From a virus (lineage: Duplodnaviria > Caudoviricetes), in the IMG/VR virus record IMGVR_UViG_3300023100_000003, positions 30,755-94,754 of that record: DNA of 64,000 nt; one strand, 5' to 3'. Shown piece after piece: positions 40,972 through 52,647 of the stretch. Below the pieces are notes generated by a model that worked only from the letters and a program-made list of their open reading frames with translations, was not told the DNA's origin and ran no database searches. A program made the translations under genes and the position numbers. The stretch's first letter is position 1, and the number at the start of each line of letters is the position of its first letter.

Positions 40972-43197
40972 ATGAAGTCTTTATATGTTTACGACTTGGA
41001 AAGTTATCCAAATTGCTGGTTATGTTGTATTGCAAATTTAAGTGAAAGAAAGATCAAAGTGTTTGAGATATCATTTCGCAAAGATCAACGTAAAGAGTTG
41101 TTTGAGTATTTACGTGAAGTTTACAAAGTGAATGGTCATTTAGTGGGTTTTAATTGCGTTTCTTACGATTACCCATTATTGCACCAGTTACTGAAGAACA
41201 AAACATTATCAGCAAAGGAATTATTTGAATACGGAAATAAAATGATTAAGGCACAGTATTCAGATAACAAGTGGCAATATGTTGTAAAAGATAAAGATGT
41301 AATGCTTCCTCAAATTGATTTATTTAAGATTCACCACTTTGATAATCGGGCTAAGGCTACATCATTGAAAATGATTGAGTTCAATGGTCGCTCTGATAAC
41401 ATCCAAGAGTTGCCGTATGAAGTAGGTAAGTATTTAACTTCAGAAGAAATTGATAATTTAGTTAGATATAACATTCATGATGTTAAGGAGACTATCAAAT
41501 TCTACGAAGAATCCAAAGAACAAATAGCCTTTAGAGAGAAGTTAAGTGAGCAATATGGCTTCAATGCACTTAATTGGAATGATACAAAGATTGGTGCTGA
41601 ATACTTTGTGATGGAATTAGAAAAAGCTGGTGTTAAATGTTACGATGGAAAAGGTAAACCAATACAAACTAAACGTCCATTTATTGATTTACAAGATTGT
41701 ATACTTCCTTACATTGAATATGACAGACCAGAGTTTAAAGCAATCATTACTTGGTTGAAGAGACAACGTATTACAGAAACTAAAGGTGTGTTCAGTGATA
41801 TTATGGAACACCAATTAGGAGATGTAGCTAAATACGCTGACTTAACTACTAAGCGTGAAAAGCTTAAAGTTAAACCAACAGAAGATGATATTAAAAAGTT
41901 CAAAGAAGAGAAACCTTTATGTTGGGTGGAAGAGATTGAACTGAAAGCTAAGTTACCAAAGAAAGATGGTGGTGGATTTAAGAAGTCTCACTATTTATGC
42001 TGGAAGATATGTGAATCATTGAATGTTAATGTAGATGGTTTGCAATATGTTTATGGTACAGGTGGCATTCATGCTGCTGTAGAAAAGAAAGTAATTGTAT
42101 CAGATGAAAAAAGAGTAATTAGATCTTATGATGTTAGTTCTTTCTATCCAAACTTAAGTATTAAGAATCTGTTTTACCCTGAACATTTGGATGAGAAGTT
42201 TTGTGAAATTTACGAATACATCTACAACTTAAGAAAACAGTATGATAAGAAGTCTGCTGAGAATGCAATGTTGAAGTTAGCTTTGAATGGTACTTATGGT
42301 AAATCAAATGATCAATACAGTCCTTTCTTTGATCCCAAGTTTACTATGCAGATTACATTGAATGGTCAATTGTTATTAACTAAAGCGATTGAAATGGTAA
42401 AGACAATACCTACCGTTGAAATCTTAATGGCAAACACAGATGGTTTTGAATTTATTGTTGATCGTGAGTATGAACATCTTACTGCTGAGAAATGTAAAGA
42501 ATGGGAAGCAATGACCAATCTAGTTTTAGAAGATGTTACTTATGATAAAATGGTTGTACGTGATGTGAACAATTACATTAGTATTAAAACTGATGGTTCA
42601 ATTAAGATGAAAGGAGCTTATGAATGGCAAGGTTTACCTCATAACAAGAACCAATCAGCTCTTGTAGTTAAGATGGCTGCTGAGAAGTATTTAGTTGAAG
42701 GGATTGATCCTGAAGAGTTCATTCGTAATCATAAGAACAAGTTTGATTTCATGTTACGAACTAAGGTTCCAAGAACTAGTAAATTGATTACTGTGGATAA
42801 AGAAGGTAAAGAAACTCAAGTACAAAACATTTGTCGTTATTATGTGAGTAATGAAGGTGAGGAACTTGTTAAGGTTATGCCTCCTATTGAACTAACTAAA
42901 ACTGAACAAGTTTGGGTTAATCATGAATTGATGGATTCAGTGGTTATTTCATCTAAACCTGATATCAACAGATATTCAAAGAAAGGTTATGTGTTTAGTA
43001 AAGAGATCGAAACCAATTGCCCAGATCGTAGGTTCATGATCGAAGCTGGATGGAAGTGTAAAGTAACTAATGACATAAAAGCTTTTGATTGGGATATTGA
43101 TTATAAATATTACATTGATCGTACTTGGAAGTTAGTGAACTTTGCAGATGGTGAGGACAATGAAGACTTAGAAGAAAGTATAGATAATGTAGAATAA
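40972..43197 (+). CDS. Family B DNA polymerase with 3'-5' exonuclease domain
   Basis: Exonuclease motifs YDLE, GFN..YD, YNIHDV; polymerase motifs YDVSSFYPN, KLALNGTYGK, NTDG. Confidence 0.92.
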   Translation: MKSLYVYDLESYPNCWLCCIANLSERKIKVFEISFRKDQRKELFEYLREVYKVNGHLVGFNCVSYDYPLLHQLLKNKTLSAKELFEYGNKMIKAQYSDNKWQYVVKDKDVMLPQIDLFKIHHFDNRAKATSLKMIEFNGRSDNIQELPYEVGKYLTSEEIDNLVRYNIHDVKETIKFYEESKEQIAFREKLSEQYGFNALNWNDTKIGAEYFVMELEKAGVKCYDGKGKPIQTKRPFIDLQDCILPYIEYDRPEFKAIITWLKRQRITETKGVFSDIMEHQLGDVAKYADLTTKREKLKVKPTEDDIKKFKEEKPLCWVEEIELKAKLPKKDGGGFKKSHYLCWKICESLNVNVDGLQYVYGTGGIHAAVEKKVIVSDEKRVIRSYDVSSFYPNLSIKNLFYPEHLDEKFCEIYEYIYNLRKQYDKKSAENAMLKLALNGTYGKSNDQYSPFFDPKFTMQITLNGQLLLTKAIEMVKTIPTVEILMANTDGFEFIVDREYEHLTAEKCKEWEAMTNLVLEDVTYDKMVVRDVNNYISIKTDGSIKMKGAYEWQGLPHNKNQSALVVKMAAEKYLVEGIDPEEFIRNHKNKFDFMLRTKVPRTSKLITVDKEGKETQVQNICRYYVSNEGEELVKVMPPIELTKTEQVWVNHELMDSVVISSKPDINRYSKKGYVFSKEIETNCPDRRFMIEAGWKCKVTNDIKAFDWDIDYKYYIDRTWKLVNFADGEDNEDLEESIDNVE

Positions 43198-43200
43198 CAT

Positions 43201-43229
43201 TTGACATTACCTTATAAAAATGCGATAAT
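43201..43229 (+). promoter_or_regulatory. sigma70 promoter
   Basis: TTGACA-N17-GATAAT with TG upstream of the -10. Confidence 0.75.
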
Positions 43230-44017
43230 GTACAGGCTAGAATTAAATTAACTAAAATGGAGAAATATATGGCAGCTAAAAAGAAAGCATTAAATCTTAA
43301 AGAGATTTTAAAACCAGTGATTGGTAAAGAGGTTACTTTAAAGGCTCTGGTAGATACAATTGACGAAGATGAGGAATGTGATTATGTCCGCTTATTACTT
43401 TCAAAAGACAATGATCTGAAGTATGGTGACGATGATGAGGTATATGGAGACTATTGTGGGGAGAGTATTTGGATATCTAAACCTCTCTATGAACACCTTA
43501 TTCGTGAGCAAACACCAGAACTAAAGAAAGTGATGTTACAAGAAAAGATTGCTGCTAAGACACAAGAAATAGCTGATCTTAAGAAAGAACTATCAGGTCT
43601 ATAAAGGAGAAAGTATGAATAAAGTTTATGAAATGATTACAAGTTATTGGTGGGTAGTACTAATGTATCTCACTAGTTGTATTGGTACGGGAACATTTAC
43701 AGTCAACGATTGGAACTTCACACTGAAGTGGGCACATGTTGTAGGAGAGCTAGGGTTAGCTTTTACATTCATTCATTTGTTTTTTGAATATAAAGAAAAT
43801 CAGCAATTAGAAAAGTTAAAAGAGGAAGATGTAGTATGAGTAATAGTAAGTTTCAATATGATGTAGTAAGTAAAACAGGTTCAAAGGTATTTGCAGAAGG
43901 TGTAACAACACGAGCTGAAGCACGTCAACTGAAGAACTTGTTTCAACCAGCAAGTATCATTCAACGTAAATATCAATTAGTATCAAACAAGACAATTCGA
44001 TAAGAGAGGAAGTAATT

Positions 44018-45025
44018 TTGAGTAAGTTTTCAAACGCATTTAGTAATTTAGGTGGTACACAACAATCAGAGGATTTCGTAGCTATTGATTGGAAAGTCGT
44101 GAATCAAGAACGAGCTGATATCTTTGATACAAAAGACAAAGCTAAAAGCCGTGTAGGGATTATTTCAGGTATCATTGATCTTGGGGTTCAACCTGTAGAA
44201 GATGGTCATAAGAAATCTGATGTAGCTTTAGAAGATGAAGAGGCTTACATTGCAGAACATGAGGGTAATTATTTTGATGACTTTACTGATCCTCAGACTA
44301 AGAAAACTGAACGTCATGTATTCTGGCCACAGAAAGCTCAACGAGCTGTAGGGATCACAGTAGATCTACCTCAGTATGAATATGATTGGGGTGGTGATAT
44401 TGGTAAGAAACCTTTCCGATTCTTATTGAACGGGGAGTTCATTCATAAGGGGATGAAGCGTACTGACATCGTATTAGCTCGTACATATGATCTGAAAGAA
44501 ACAACTAAAGACTTTGCTCCACGTTGGTCATTAGCTAAGAACTCATTACTGTACAAAGCAGCAGTAGCTACTAATGTTATCAAAGTAGGTGAACCTTTCA
44601 GTAAGAAACAAATTGGGGAGCTTATTGGTAAACCAGCATTGTTTGAAGTACGCTTCTGGTTAGAAGATGGTTATGCTAATGAGAAGATTAGTTTTAAAGG
44701 TGAAGTACCAGAAGGGATGAATATTCCTGAAGTAGATGAAGATACTTTGTATTATATTAACCTTGATGGTGAGAATGATGAAGCTGCTGTGAAGCAACTA
44801 CGTAAATCAGTTAAGAATACTATCAAGAATTCCGTGTCGTATGAGGGTAGTAAACTTCAGGCTGACTTTGGTAAGTACTTTGAAACAAAAGCTCCTGTAG
44901 ACGCTCCTGTGGTGGAAGAAGAGGCTGTTGTAGCTGAAGTTAAGGTAGAAGCTAAACCTGCTAAGAAAGTTAAACCAGAAGCAGTACCTGTAGATTTTGA
45001 TGATCCAGATTCAATTCCATTTTAG
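44018..45025 (+). CDS. Putative single-stranded DNA-binding protein
   Basis: IIDLGVQ N-terminal motif, position in the replication module, acidic tail VDFDDPDSIPF resembling the SSB C-terminal tip. Confidence 0.7.
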   Translation: MSKFSNAFSNLGGTQQSEDFVAIDWKVVNQERADIFDTKDKAKSRVGIISGIIDLGVQPVEDGHKKSDVALEDEEAYIAEHEGNYFDDFTDPQTKKTERHVFWPQKAQRAVGITVDLPQYEYDWGGDIGKKPFRFLLNGEFIHKGMKRTDIVLARTYDLKETTKDFAPRWSLAKNSLLYKAAVATNVIKVGEPFSKKQIGELIGKPALFEVRFWLEDGYANEKISFKGEVPEGMNIPEVDEDTLYYINLDGENDEAAVKQLRKSVKNTIKNSVSYEGSKLQADFGKYFETKAPVDAPVVEEEAVVAEVKVEAKPAKKVKPEAVPVDFDDPDSIPF

Positions 45026-45068
45026 GTTCTAACAATAACGTAGTGACACGCTAAACAATAGTATTGAT

Positions 45069-45097
45069 AGGACTCCAAAAGAGTCCTTTATTATTTT
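45069..45097 (+). terminator. Rho-independent terminator
   Basis: AGGACTC-CAAAA-GAGTCCT followed by a T-rich tract. Confidence 0.75.
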
Positions 45098-45611
45098 AGG
45101 AGATAGTAGATGGGAATTAGTTACGGTGGAGGAATGTTGATTGGCTGCGAAGGCTTACCAACAGAACCAGAATGGTGGGATGAAGATGAACGAGGTGAAT
45201 GGAGAGATTATCTTTTAGAAGATAAAGAGCTTGATCGATATTCACAATATTATGATGCAGGTGACGATAATTGTTATTTTGGATTTGCTGTTGGAGATGT
45301 CAAATTCCAAGATATGAACGCTGATTGGTTCAATAAAATTAAGAAGTTAGCAATTGAGTTTGAAAAGATAACTGGTGAAGAACCTTATCTCATTGGAACA
45401 CAGGATATTTATTAATGACTAACTTATGTGTCTACAGCCCAGATGATAAATCATTTGAACTGGATAATATGGCTTACAAGTTAGAAGCTCCAGAATTACA
45501 TTTATGGATAGCTCACAACTTAGTCTTATTCAAACAAGATAAAAGAACATTACAAGAAGCTTACGATAGCATTCTTGCAAACATTAAAGAAATTAAATAG
45601 AGGAAATAAAC

Positions 45612-45920
45612 ATGCCAAGAATTAAAAAGTACAAAGCTCCAAAACAATACTCACTCCCAGAGTCAATTCAAAACCGTCAACTTCTTGATGCTCTTTTGAA
45701 CGAAATTGTAGAACACAAAAACAAAGCTAAATATTATGCAGATCTTGTTAAAGGTAATGTATCTGTATTAACAGATCCCGATGGCAAGTTAAATCTGGAT
45801 AGTAAATATGTAGCTAAGCTTATTAAAGCTAAAATGGACTTATATAAAACTACTAAAGAAGCCGAAGGATTACAGGCAGCAACTGATGATGTTCGTTTAT
45901 TAGGTAATAAAAATGATTAG
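45612..45920 (+). CDS. Putative dsDNA-binding protein (T4 DsbA/GapR-like)
   Basis: About 100 aa, helical, LLDALLNEIVEHK...LNLDSKYVAKLIKAK. Confidence 0.35.
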   Translation: MPRIKKYKAPKQYSLPESIQNRQLLDALLNEIVEHKNKAKYYADLVKGNVSVLTDPDGKLNLDSKYVAKLIKAKMDLYKTTKEAEGLQAATDDVRLLGNKND

Positions 45921-46989
45921 TTATAGAGATTATAATATCTTAATAAGTAAGCTTGTTTGTAATAGGTTAGAGAAAGAAGATATTCGTAATCTAGTAGAAC
46001 TCTTTGGAGAGTTTGAAAATCTTTTAGATGAAGCTGACTTAGAAGATTTTTATGGTACAGAAGGTTGGCGTCGTAGATTTGGATGGGTTGATTAATTATG
46101 GGATGGAGTGGAGGAACAGAAATATTTGATTGTGTTGCTGAAGATCTATTAGCACTTGAAGACACTTTAGATTATGTTAGTGGAGATTTACATGATCAAA
46201 TATTTAGTATATTAGTTAAATTACTAAACACCTTAGAATGGCAGGACTGGGATAACTTAGGTGAAAGTAAGTATTGGACCCATCCTGTTATTGGAAAGAT
46301 TCTTGGTAATGATTTCGAGGAGGAAGAGTGAGTTTATTTGACGACATTAAAACGCTATTGGCTAGGATAAAAAGATCAACATTTCTAGAAACAAATGATT
46401 CTGGTGCTTTCTATGTAGATGAAGATAGTGAAGAACTTCATTGGAATTCTGACGGTAATTTAGAAGACCTATATGAAGGAAATGGTAGTAGTTATACAGT
46501 AGAAATTAATGGTGCTTGCTGGGAACAAGATGGTTGTTCATTCTTCAATACGGATAACGGTTGTGGTGAAACTATAACTATGGTTTTCGATAGTCGTTGT
46601 GAAGTTGATTATGATGATCTTGAAGAGATGTTTAATGGAGATGAGGAAGAATGACAAATATTGATCTTCTTAAAACACAGTTAGATGATTTCTTGAAATT
46701 GATTCAAGCGGATGATGTAGATATTGACCAGAAAGGGTGTGTGTTTTGGTGGACGGTTTTGAATGTAATTGCAAGAGCAGGGCATACAGTACCAATTCCA
46801 TGTGTGAGAACTGCTCCACTTAAAGCACAATTAATATTCTACTCGATCAGTTATGTAATTGAAATTACAAATATGTATTGGTGTACTGTGCTTAAGACTG
46901 AAGAAGATGGAAGTTTATCATGTGTAGAAGTGATTGATTACACTGACTGGCCATCTTTAGCTAAGTATTTTGAAAAGAGGGATGAGTGA

Positions 46990-48027
46990 TTGGAAGTAAA
47001 TAACAAACAAACTGTGTTTGACCTTATTATCTGTGACTTTGACACTCCATTGTTCCAAGCAGCTAAGAATGTACAAGAAGATTATGTTCTTGTTACAAAT
47101 AAAGTTACTGGTAAAACATGGGAATGGTCAGAGTTCAGAAATAAGACAGAGTTTCAAGGTAGGAATCGTACAGGTGAAGTTGGGGGGTGGTTGGAAGCAA
47201 TTAATAACTTCTTAGGAACTTCCCTTACACGAGACGATTTTGAAATTGAACACTTAGTGAGACTTAAAAAAGATATCATTAATCATTTAGAAGAAGCAGA
47301 GAAACAATTTGCTTATGAAGTTAAACGTATTAAAGATCTAGGTGTAGCTAAAGACTACAAACTTTGTATAGGTGGGGAACATAACTTTAGATATGAAGCT
47401 GCTACTATCCTTCCCTACAAAGGAGAACGTAAAGAGAAGCCAATATTGTTCAGTACTTTACGAGATAAGGTGTTAGCGCAATATAAAAGTAAATTAGTTA
47501 TTGCTGAAAACTGTGAAGCGGATGATGTTTTAGGTATCTATGGTACAGAGAATCAAGCTATATTCAGAAAGACAGGTAAATATAAATATCTTCTAGCTTA
47601 CATTGATAAAGATATTAAGCAGATTTGGGGGCCAACATTATTCTTAAATAAAAAAGAAGAAGGTATTAAATTCCTAACTCCTTTTGAAGCTGCACATCAC
47701 TTTGCATTCCAGTGCCTGAAAGGGGATTTGTCTGTAGATAACATCCAAGGTCTTCCAGACTTAGCTCCAGAAATACGTGAGAAGTATGGGGTTAAGAAAG
47801 GAAAGGGTTGTGGTGAAGCTGGAGCTTTGAAAGTACTAGAAACTTGTACTGAAGTGAAGGATATATTTGAGCGTGTAATTGAATGTTATAAGGCACACTA
47901 TCTTACTGAGTATAAGTTTTACTTACGTGAAAATGCACAGTTGTTATGGATGCAAAGAAAGAAAGATCAACGGTTTGATATATTTACAGATTTATTTGAC
48001 AAACTAAACATTAACTATGAGGAATAA
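46990..48027 (+). CDS. 5'-3' exonuclease (T7 gp6/FEN-like)
   Basis: CDFD, NFRYE, YKGER, EADDVL, IDKDIKQI, GDLSVDNIQG. Confidence 0.9.
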   Translation: MEVNNKQTVFDLIICDFDTPLFQAAKNVQEDYVLVTNKVTGKTWEWSEFRNKTEFQGRNRTGEVGGWLEAINNFLGTSLTRDDFEIEHLVRLKKDIINHLEEAEKQFAYEVKRIKDLGVAKDYKLCIGGEHNFRYEAATILPYKGERKEKPILFSTLRDKVLAQYKSKLVIAENCEADDVLGIYGTENQAIFRKTGKYKYLLAYIDKDIKQIWGPTLFLNKKEEGIKFLTPFEAAHHFAFQCLKGDLSVDNIQGLPDLAPEIREKYGVKKGKGCGEAGALKVLETCTEVKDIFERVIECYKAHYLTEYKFYLRENAQLLWMQRKKDQRFDIFTDLFDKLNINYEE

Positions 48028-48731
48028 AAAATGGAAGAAATTACACTAGAAACCCTAAATCGTCGTTACGCAGAGTATTCATTTTTAGTACAACATCATG
48101 AGATGTTAGCTAAACACTATTCTCGTGAACAATTCAATGCAGAGTTAGCTATTCAACAAGCTAGTAAAAGTAGCGAACCAGATCTAAGTGTATCTGTTGA
48201 TGAGTAACTTTAACTTATCAGAGTTCAACTCAATTCTAAATTACTTTGAACATAAAATCAGAGAAATCAATATTGAGAAGAACAGTACATCTTTGGAAAG
48301 TTATGCTCAAAAACAGATGTACGAGTATGAACTTCAGTTTTGGTATAAGTTGAAATTTGAAGCAGAGAAAGATTTTATGAAAGGTTTATTCAACAAACAA
48401 TTAGAGAATTAATTATGACAACAACAAAACGTACAAAGAAAGTAGCACCAGAAGCTCCTAAAGCAACCCTTAAAGTAGCTAAAGTTGTAGCTCCAAAGAA
48501 ACCAACTATTAAATCATTACAAGCAGATCTTGATTTTGTAACTGATCAATTAACGTTGGCTAATGGGGTTGCTTTAGAGTTGAGGAAAGAAGTAGAAGAT
48601 CTTAGAAGTGATGCTTTATATTATGCTAATCAACTAGGTTATAGTGAACAACAAAAGAAATTAGCTGCTGAAGAACGTGACAAATTAGAAAATATGTCTC
48701 CGTGGGAATTCTTTAAATATAAAGTTGGTTT

Positions 48732-49373
48732 GTGATTGTGGCGTTCGGTAAAGGTGGTAAGCGAGTTGATAAACGGAAGGGAGTTAAAAGAGAGATACAC
48801 AATATTCCAGACGAGCTAGATTTACAAATCTGGAATGATGAATTCTTAAAACTCTCTAAACCTTTAGATGAAAATGGATACCGCAAGCCTATTACTGAGA
48901 CTGAGTTAGTTGGTTGGGTACGCAAAAAGCTTGATGATATTTGGATGAAATGTCCAATGAAATTGGCCTTTGTAGCTTCAAAGCGTGTACCCGATTATTC
49001 TCCAGATACACGTAGAGCTTCAATGTATATTTGTAATATATGTAAGGAAGGTTTTTCCTTAACTGAAGTCCAGTGCGACCACATCGAAGGTGAACATGAG
49101 TTTACCCGTTTGGATCAATTAGTTGATTTTGCGAACAAAAGATTCATGGTTGGTTATAAAGATTTACAAGTATTGTGCATACCTTGTCATCAACTAAAGA
49201 CTCACGCAGAACGTCATGGTTTAACTCTAGAAGAAGCCAAAATAGATAAAGAGGTAATTACCATCTCTAAAGCTAAACAAAGTAAACAATGGTTAGAAGA
49301 ACGTAATATTGTTCCTGCTAAGAATGAGGAACAGCGTAAGCAACAAATACGGGAGGTACTGTTTAAATGTTAG
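48732..49373 (+). CDS. HNH endonuclease
   Basis: CNIC...VQCDHIE...LQVLCIPCHQLKT. Confidence 0.85.
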   Translation: MIVAFGKGGKRVDKRKGVKREIHNIPDELDLQIWNDEFLKLSKPLDENGYRKPITETELVGWVRKKLDDIWMKCPMKLAFVASKRVPDYSPDTRRASMYICNICKEGFSLTEVQCDHIEGEHEFTRLDQLVDFANKRFMVGYKDLQVLCIPCHQLKTHAERHGLTLEEAKIDKEVITISKAKQSKQWLEERNIVPAKNEEQRKQQIREVLFKC

Positions 49374-50069
49374 ATGATGTAATTCAAGTTTATATTGAAA
49401 GAGCACACAAAGTACTGCCATCTAAAGCAAAGATTCTTGTGGGATTAGATCATGATAAATTTCTTAGTAGATTATTAGAGCTTGGTAATGATTATTTAGA
49501 AGAGACTAAAACATTTGCTTTCTTGTTTGATACAACCCCTCAAGATCTAATCATGAGCGAAATGAAAGACTACAAAGATATTATTAATAACTTCCCTAAT
49601 AGTAATCGAATAGCAGACAGAGCTTTATATATTGGAAACTACTATGAGCAAGACTGGATTAGTATTGTCAATCAATGTCTTTCTGGTTGGTTCGGAACAG
49701 ACGATTATGAAATTGTGGAGTGGGTACGATGAAATATAAATATAGTAAGTTAGCGAAAGAACATTATAAATCTTACACAATGGAGCAACTTATTAATATG
49801 CAATCTGTATATGACTGTTGCACAGGTAAGACCACAGGATCACTTCTAGGTTTGATCAGTACAGTAATATTAAATCCTGAATTAGATTTCGATATTAAAG
49901 TATACACACAAGTAAGCAGCTTTCAATATCAAGGTAGCGGTGGGATTGCAGACTGTTTAGATGAGTTAATAAATAAGCTAGGTTTGAACTATCTAATTCA
50001 CAGTAGGAAACATGCTACTTTAGTTTATAAACCTTATGGATATGTAACCAAAGATTGGGTAGAGGTTGA

Positions 50070-51086
50070 ATGAAATATAATTTAAAAGATGAAGCAACAA
50101 AATTAAAAGTTATTGAATTAGATAATGCTGGTAAATCAAGTACTGAGATATCTGAAGAGTTAGGCATCGCATATCGTACAATACGAGATTTTTTAAGTAA
50201 GACTTCTTGGGTACAGTGGTGGGCAGCTCAAACTGTTATAGAGTGCTTTAAGGAACACGCTAAGGAGCCTAAGGAGTCAATTATAGGAGCCTTATTAAAT
50301 AATCCACAAAAGACTTTATGGGATAATTTTAATCAAACTGTAAAAGTAGAGAAAGAAATTCGTAAAACAGATTCAGGTGAAGATAATAGTCGTATCTTAA
50401 TTATTTCAGATATCCATATTCCATATCATCATCCCGATAGTTTGGAGTTCTTACAGTACTTAAAAGATAAGTATAACCCTACAAGAATTATCTGTATGGG
50501 AGATGAACTTGATAAACATGCACTAAGTTTCCATGATAGTGATCCTAATTTACCAAGTGCTGGCGATGAATTAAGAATGTCTCTACCAGTGATAGCTAAG
50601 ATTAAAGAGATGTTTCCAGTGATGGATATTCTTGAATCTAATCATGGTAGTTTGTTGTATCGTAAAGCTCATGCTAATGGAATACCAAAACAGTATCTCA
50701 AGAGCTACAATGAAGTATTAAATGTAGATAGTAATTGGAAGTGGTGGTATGATATGACCATTACATTACCTAACGGAAATAAGTGCTACTTCCACCACGG
50801 TAAGAGTGCTAACGTTACTAAGACTTCACAGACTATGAGTATGTGTGCTGTACAGGGGCATTACCACGAGACCTTTAAGATTGAGTACTGGGGAAACCCT
50901 AATGGTTTGTTCTGGGCTATGCAGACAGGTTGTTTAATTAATGATAATGCTCTTGCTTTCAATTATAATAACGTTAATTTAAAGCGTCCTATAATTGGTA
51001 CTGGACTAATCATTGATAGTATGCCAATATTAGAGCCAATGGTTCTTTCGGAAGATGGACGCTGGATAGACCGTAAACAAACTTAA
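50070..51086 (+). CDS. Calcineurin-like metallophosphoesterase with N-terminal HTH
   Basis: ISDIHIP, MGDELD, SNH, FHHG, QGHYH. Confidence 0.9.
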   Translation: MKYNLKDEATKLKVIELDNAGKSSTEISEELGIAYRTIRDFLSKTSWVQWWAAQTVIECFKEHAKEPKESIIGALLNNPQKTLWDNFNQTVKVEKEIRKTDSGEDNSRILIISDIHIPYHHPDSLEFLQYLKDKYNPTRIICMGDELDKHALSFHDSDPNLPSAGDELRMSLPVIAKIKEMFPVMDILESNHGSLLYRKAHANGIPKQYLKSYNEVLNVDSNWKWWYDMTITLPNGNKCYFHHGKSANVTKTSQTMSMCAVQGHYHETFKIEYWGNPNGLFWAMQTGCLINDNALAFNYNNVNLKRPIIGTGLIIDSMPILEPMVLSEDGRWIDRKQT

Positions 51087-51101
51087 TATAGGAGATACTA
51101 A

Positions 51102-51959
51102 ATGGGTAAACTAATCATTCCTTGCTGTATAGCTACCAAAGATATACCAGACGAGGAAACATATAACAAGATAGAGGAGCTGTTCTTATATAATGGTAAG
51201 CGTTACGAAGATGGGTATCATTATATCGTAGAGGAGATGTGGCCTTACTTCGGGATAGATTCTGATAAAGACGTGATATTCTTTACTGGTATTAAAGATT
51301 ACAATCAAGACGATTTCTGTGAAGAAGATGTGAAACAGTATTCCTTACAAGAACTCCTTGATTTAGCTTCCTCAGAGCCTCTACAAGACGTTTCAGAAGA
51401 GAAGGAAGGCTTAGTATTAAAGCCCCCTACCGTAGTACTCCCTGAAGAAGATAATGCTGTGGTGACGGATTTAGACAAGCCAAAAGCTATCCAAGACTAT
51501 AAGGAAGGGGAGTTGGTTAGGATAATCAGTGAAAAACACAGTCATGGGTTTGAAATAGGTCAGATTGTGGTGTTGTCAGAGTATATTTCAGTAGAAGATG
51601 ATAATCAATATGATGAATCTTACTGGGTAGCTTTCAATACTGAACATGACGATAGTTGGCACATTACCGAGAGTGAGTTTGAACCATTTATGGATGCTCC
51701 TGATGTAGTGGAGAAACCTAGTGCTACACTGCTTTGGGATAATGAAATGGGCAATCTAATTAGATCAGCTACTCAGTTTGAGTCAGTAGATAGAGAATAT
51801 GACCTCGTAATTGGTAATTCTTCAGGTGAAGTTAAAGCTAGTGTGAATGTACAAGTTCTAATACACTTACCAACACAGGTTGTATCTTTAGGTAAGGATG
51901 ATGCTTATAAGCTATATCGAGAGCTAAGGGCTATCTTTAAGGAGGAGTTACGTGGGTAA
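51102..51959 (+). CDS. Acidic hypothetical protein with SH3-like module
   Basis: YKEGELVRII...HGFEIGQIVVL...WHITESEFE. Confidence 0.6.
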   Translation: MGKLIIPCCIATKDIPDEETYNKIEELFLYNGKRYEDGYHYIVEEMWPYFGIDSDKDVIFFTGIKDYNQDDFCEEDVKQYSLQELLDLASSEPLQDVSEEKEGLVLKPPTVVLPEEDNAVVTDLDKPKAIQDYKEGELVRIISEKHSHGFEIGQIVVLSEYISVEDDNQYDESYWVAFNTEHDDSWHITESEFEPFMDAPDVVEKPSATLLWDNEMGNLIRSATQFESVDREYDLVIGNSSGEVKASVNVQVLIHLPTQVVSLGKDDAYKLYRELRAIFKEELRG

Positions 51960-52647
51960 TCATAAAATTGGAGATGTAGTTAAGGTTACTTGCTGTAAGA
52001 ATAGTCATGATTTCAATGTTGGACAATTAGTCCGGTTAGTTAGTAATGATGTAGAAGATGATTGGAAAGCAGAAGTACTTGATGGCAGTGACTACTGGCA
52101 CTTATCTGAAGATGAGTTTGAGTCTTTAGATAAAGCAAAGATTATCAATAAACCTAAAATCTTAGTAGTAGGGCACGCCAGACATGGGAAGGATACTGTA
52201 GCCCAAATACTTAAAGATGGATGGGGATTAAACTTCTGTAGTAGTTCTTATGCAGCAGCTGAGAAAGTAGTATTCCCTGTACTATCTAAAGAATATGGTT
52301 ACACTACACTTGAAGAGTGTTATGCCGATAGAGTGAACCACAGATCTGAATGGAAAGCTTTGATTACAGAATATAATGCATTTGATAAAACACGTCTAGC
52401 AAAAGAAATTATGTCTGAGAATGATATATATGTTGGAATGCGTTGTCATAAAGAATTAGGAGCTTGTGTAGAAGCTAAAATATTTGATCATATTGTTTGG
52501 GTAGATGCTAGTTATCGTAAAGAACCTGAACCTATTTCAAGTAACACTATTAAGAAAGAAAATGCAGATTATGTGCTAGATAATAATGGGAGTATGAACG
52601 ATCTTATTTTAGAAACCTTTAAGTTTATGAGGCGGGTGTATGCTTAA
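51952..52647 (+). CDS. Deoxynucleoside monophosphate kinase with N-terminal SH3-like module
   Basis: GHARHGKDTVA P-loop, YVGMR, ADYVLDNNGS. Confidence 0.82.
   Translation: MGNHKIGDVVKVTCCKNSHDFNVGQLVRLVSNDVEDDWKAEVLDGSDYWHLSEDEFESLDKAKIINKPKILVVGHARHGKDTVAQILKDGWGLNFCSSSYAAAEKVVFPVLSKEYGYTTLEECYADRVNHRSEWKALITEYNAFDKTRLAKEIMSENDIYVGMRCHKELGACVEAKIFDHIVWVDASYRKEPEPISSNTIKKENADYVLDNNGSMNDLILETFKFMRRVYA

Noticed and set aside
49729-50073. CTGKTT as a functional P-loop NTPase
   Set aside because: No complete GxxxxGKT and no Walker B in a short protein
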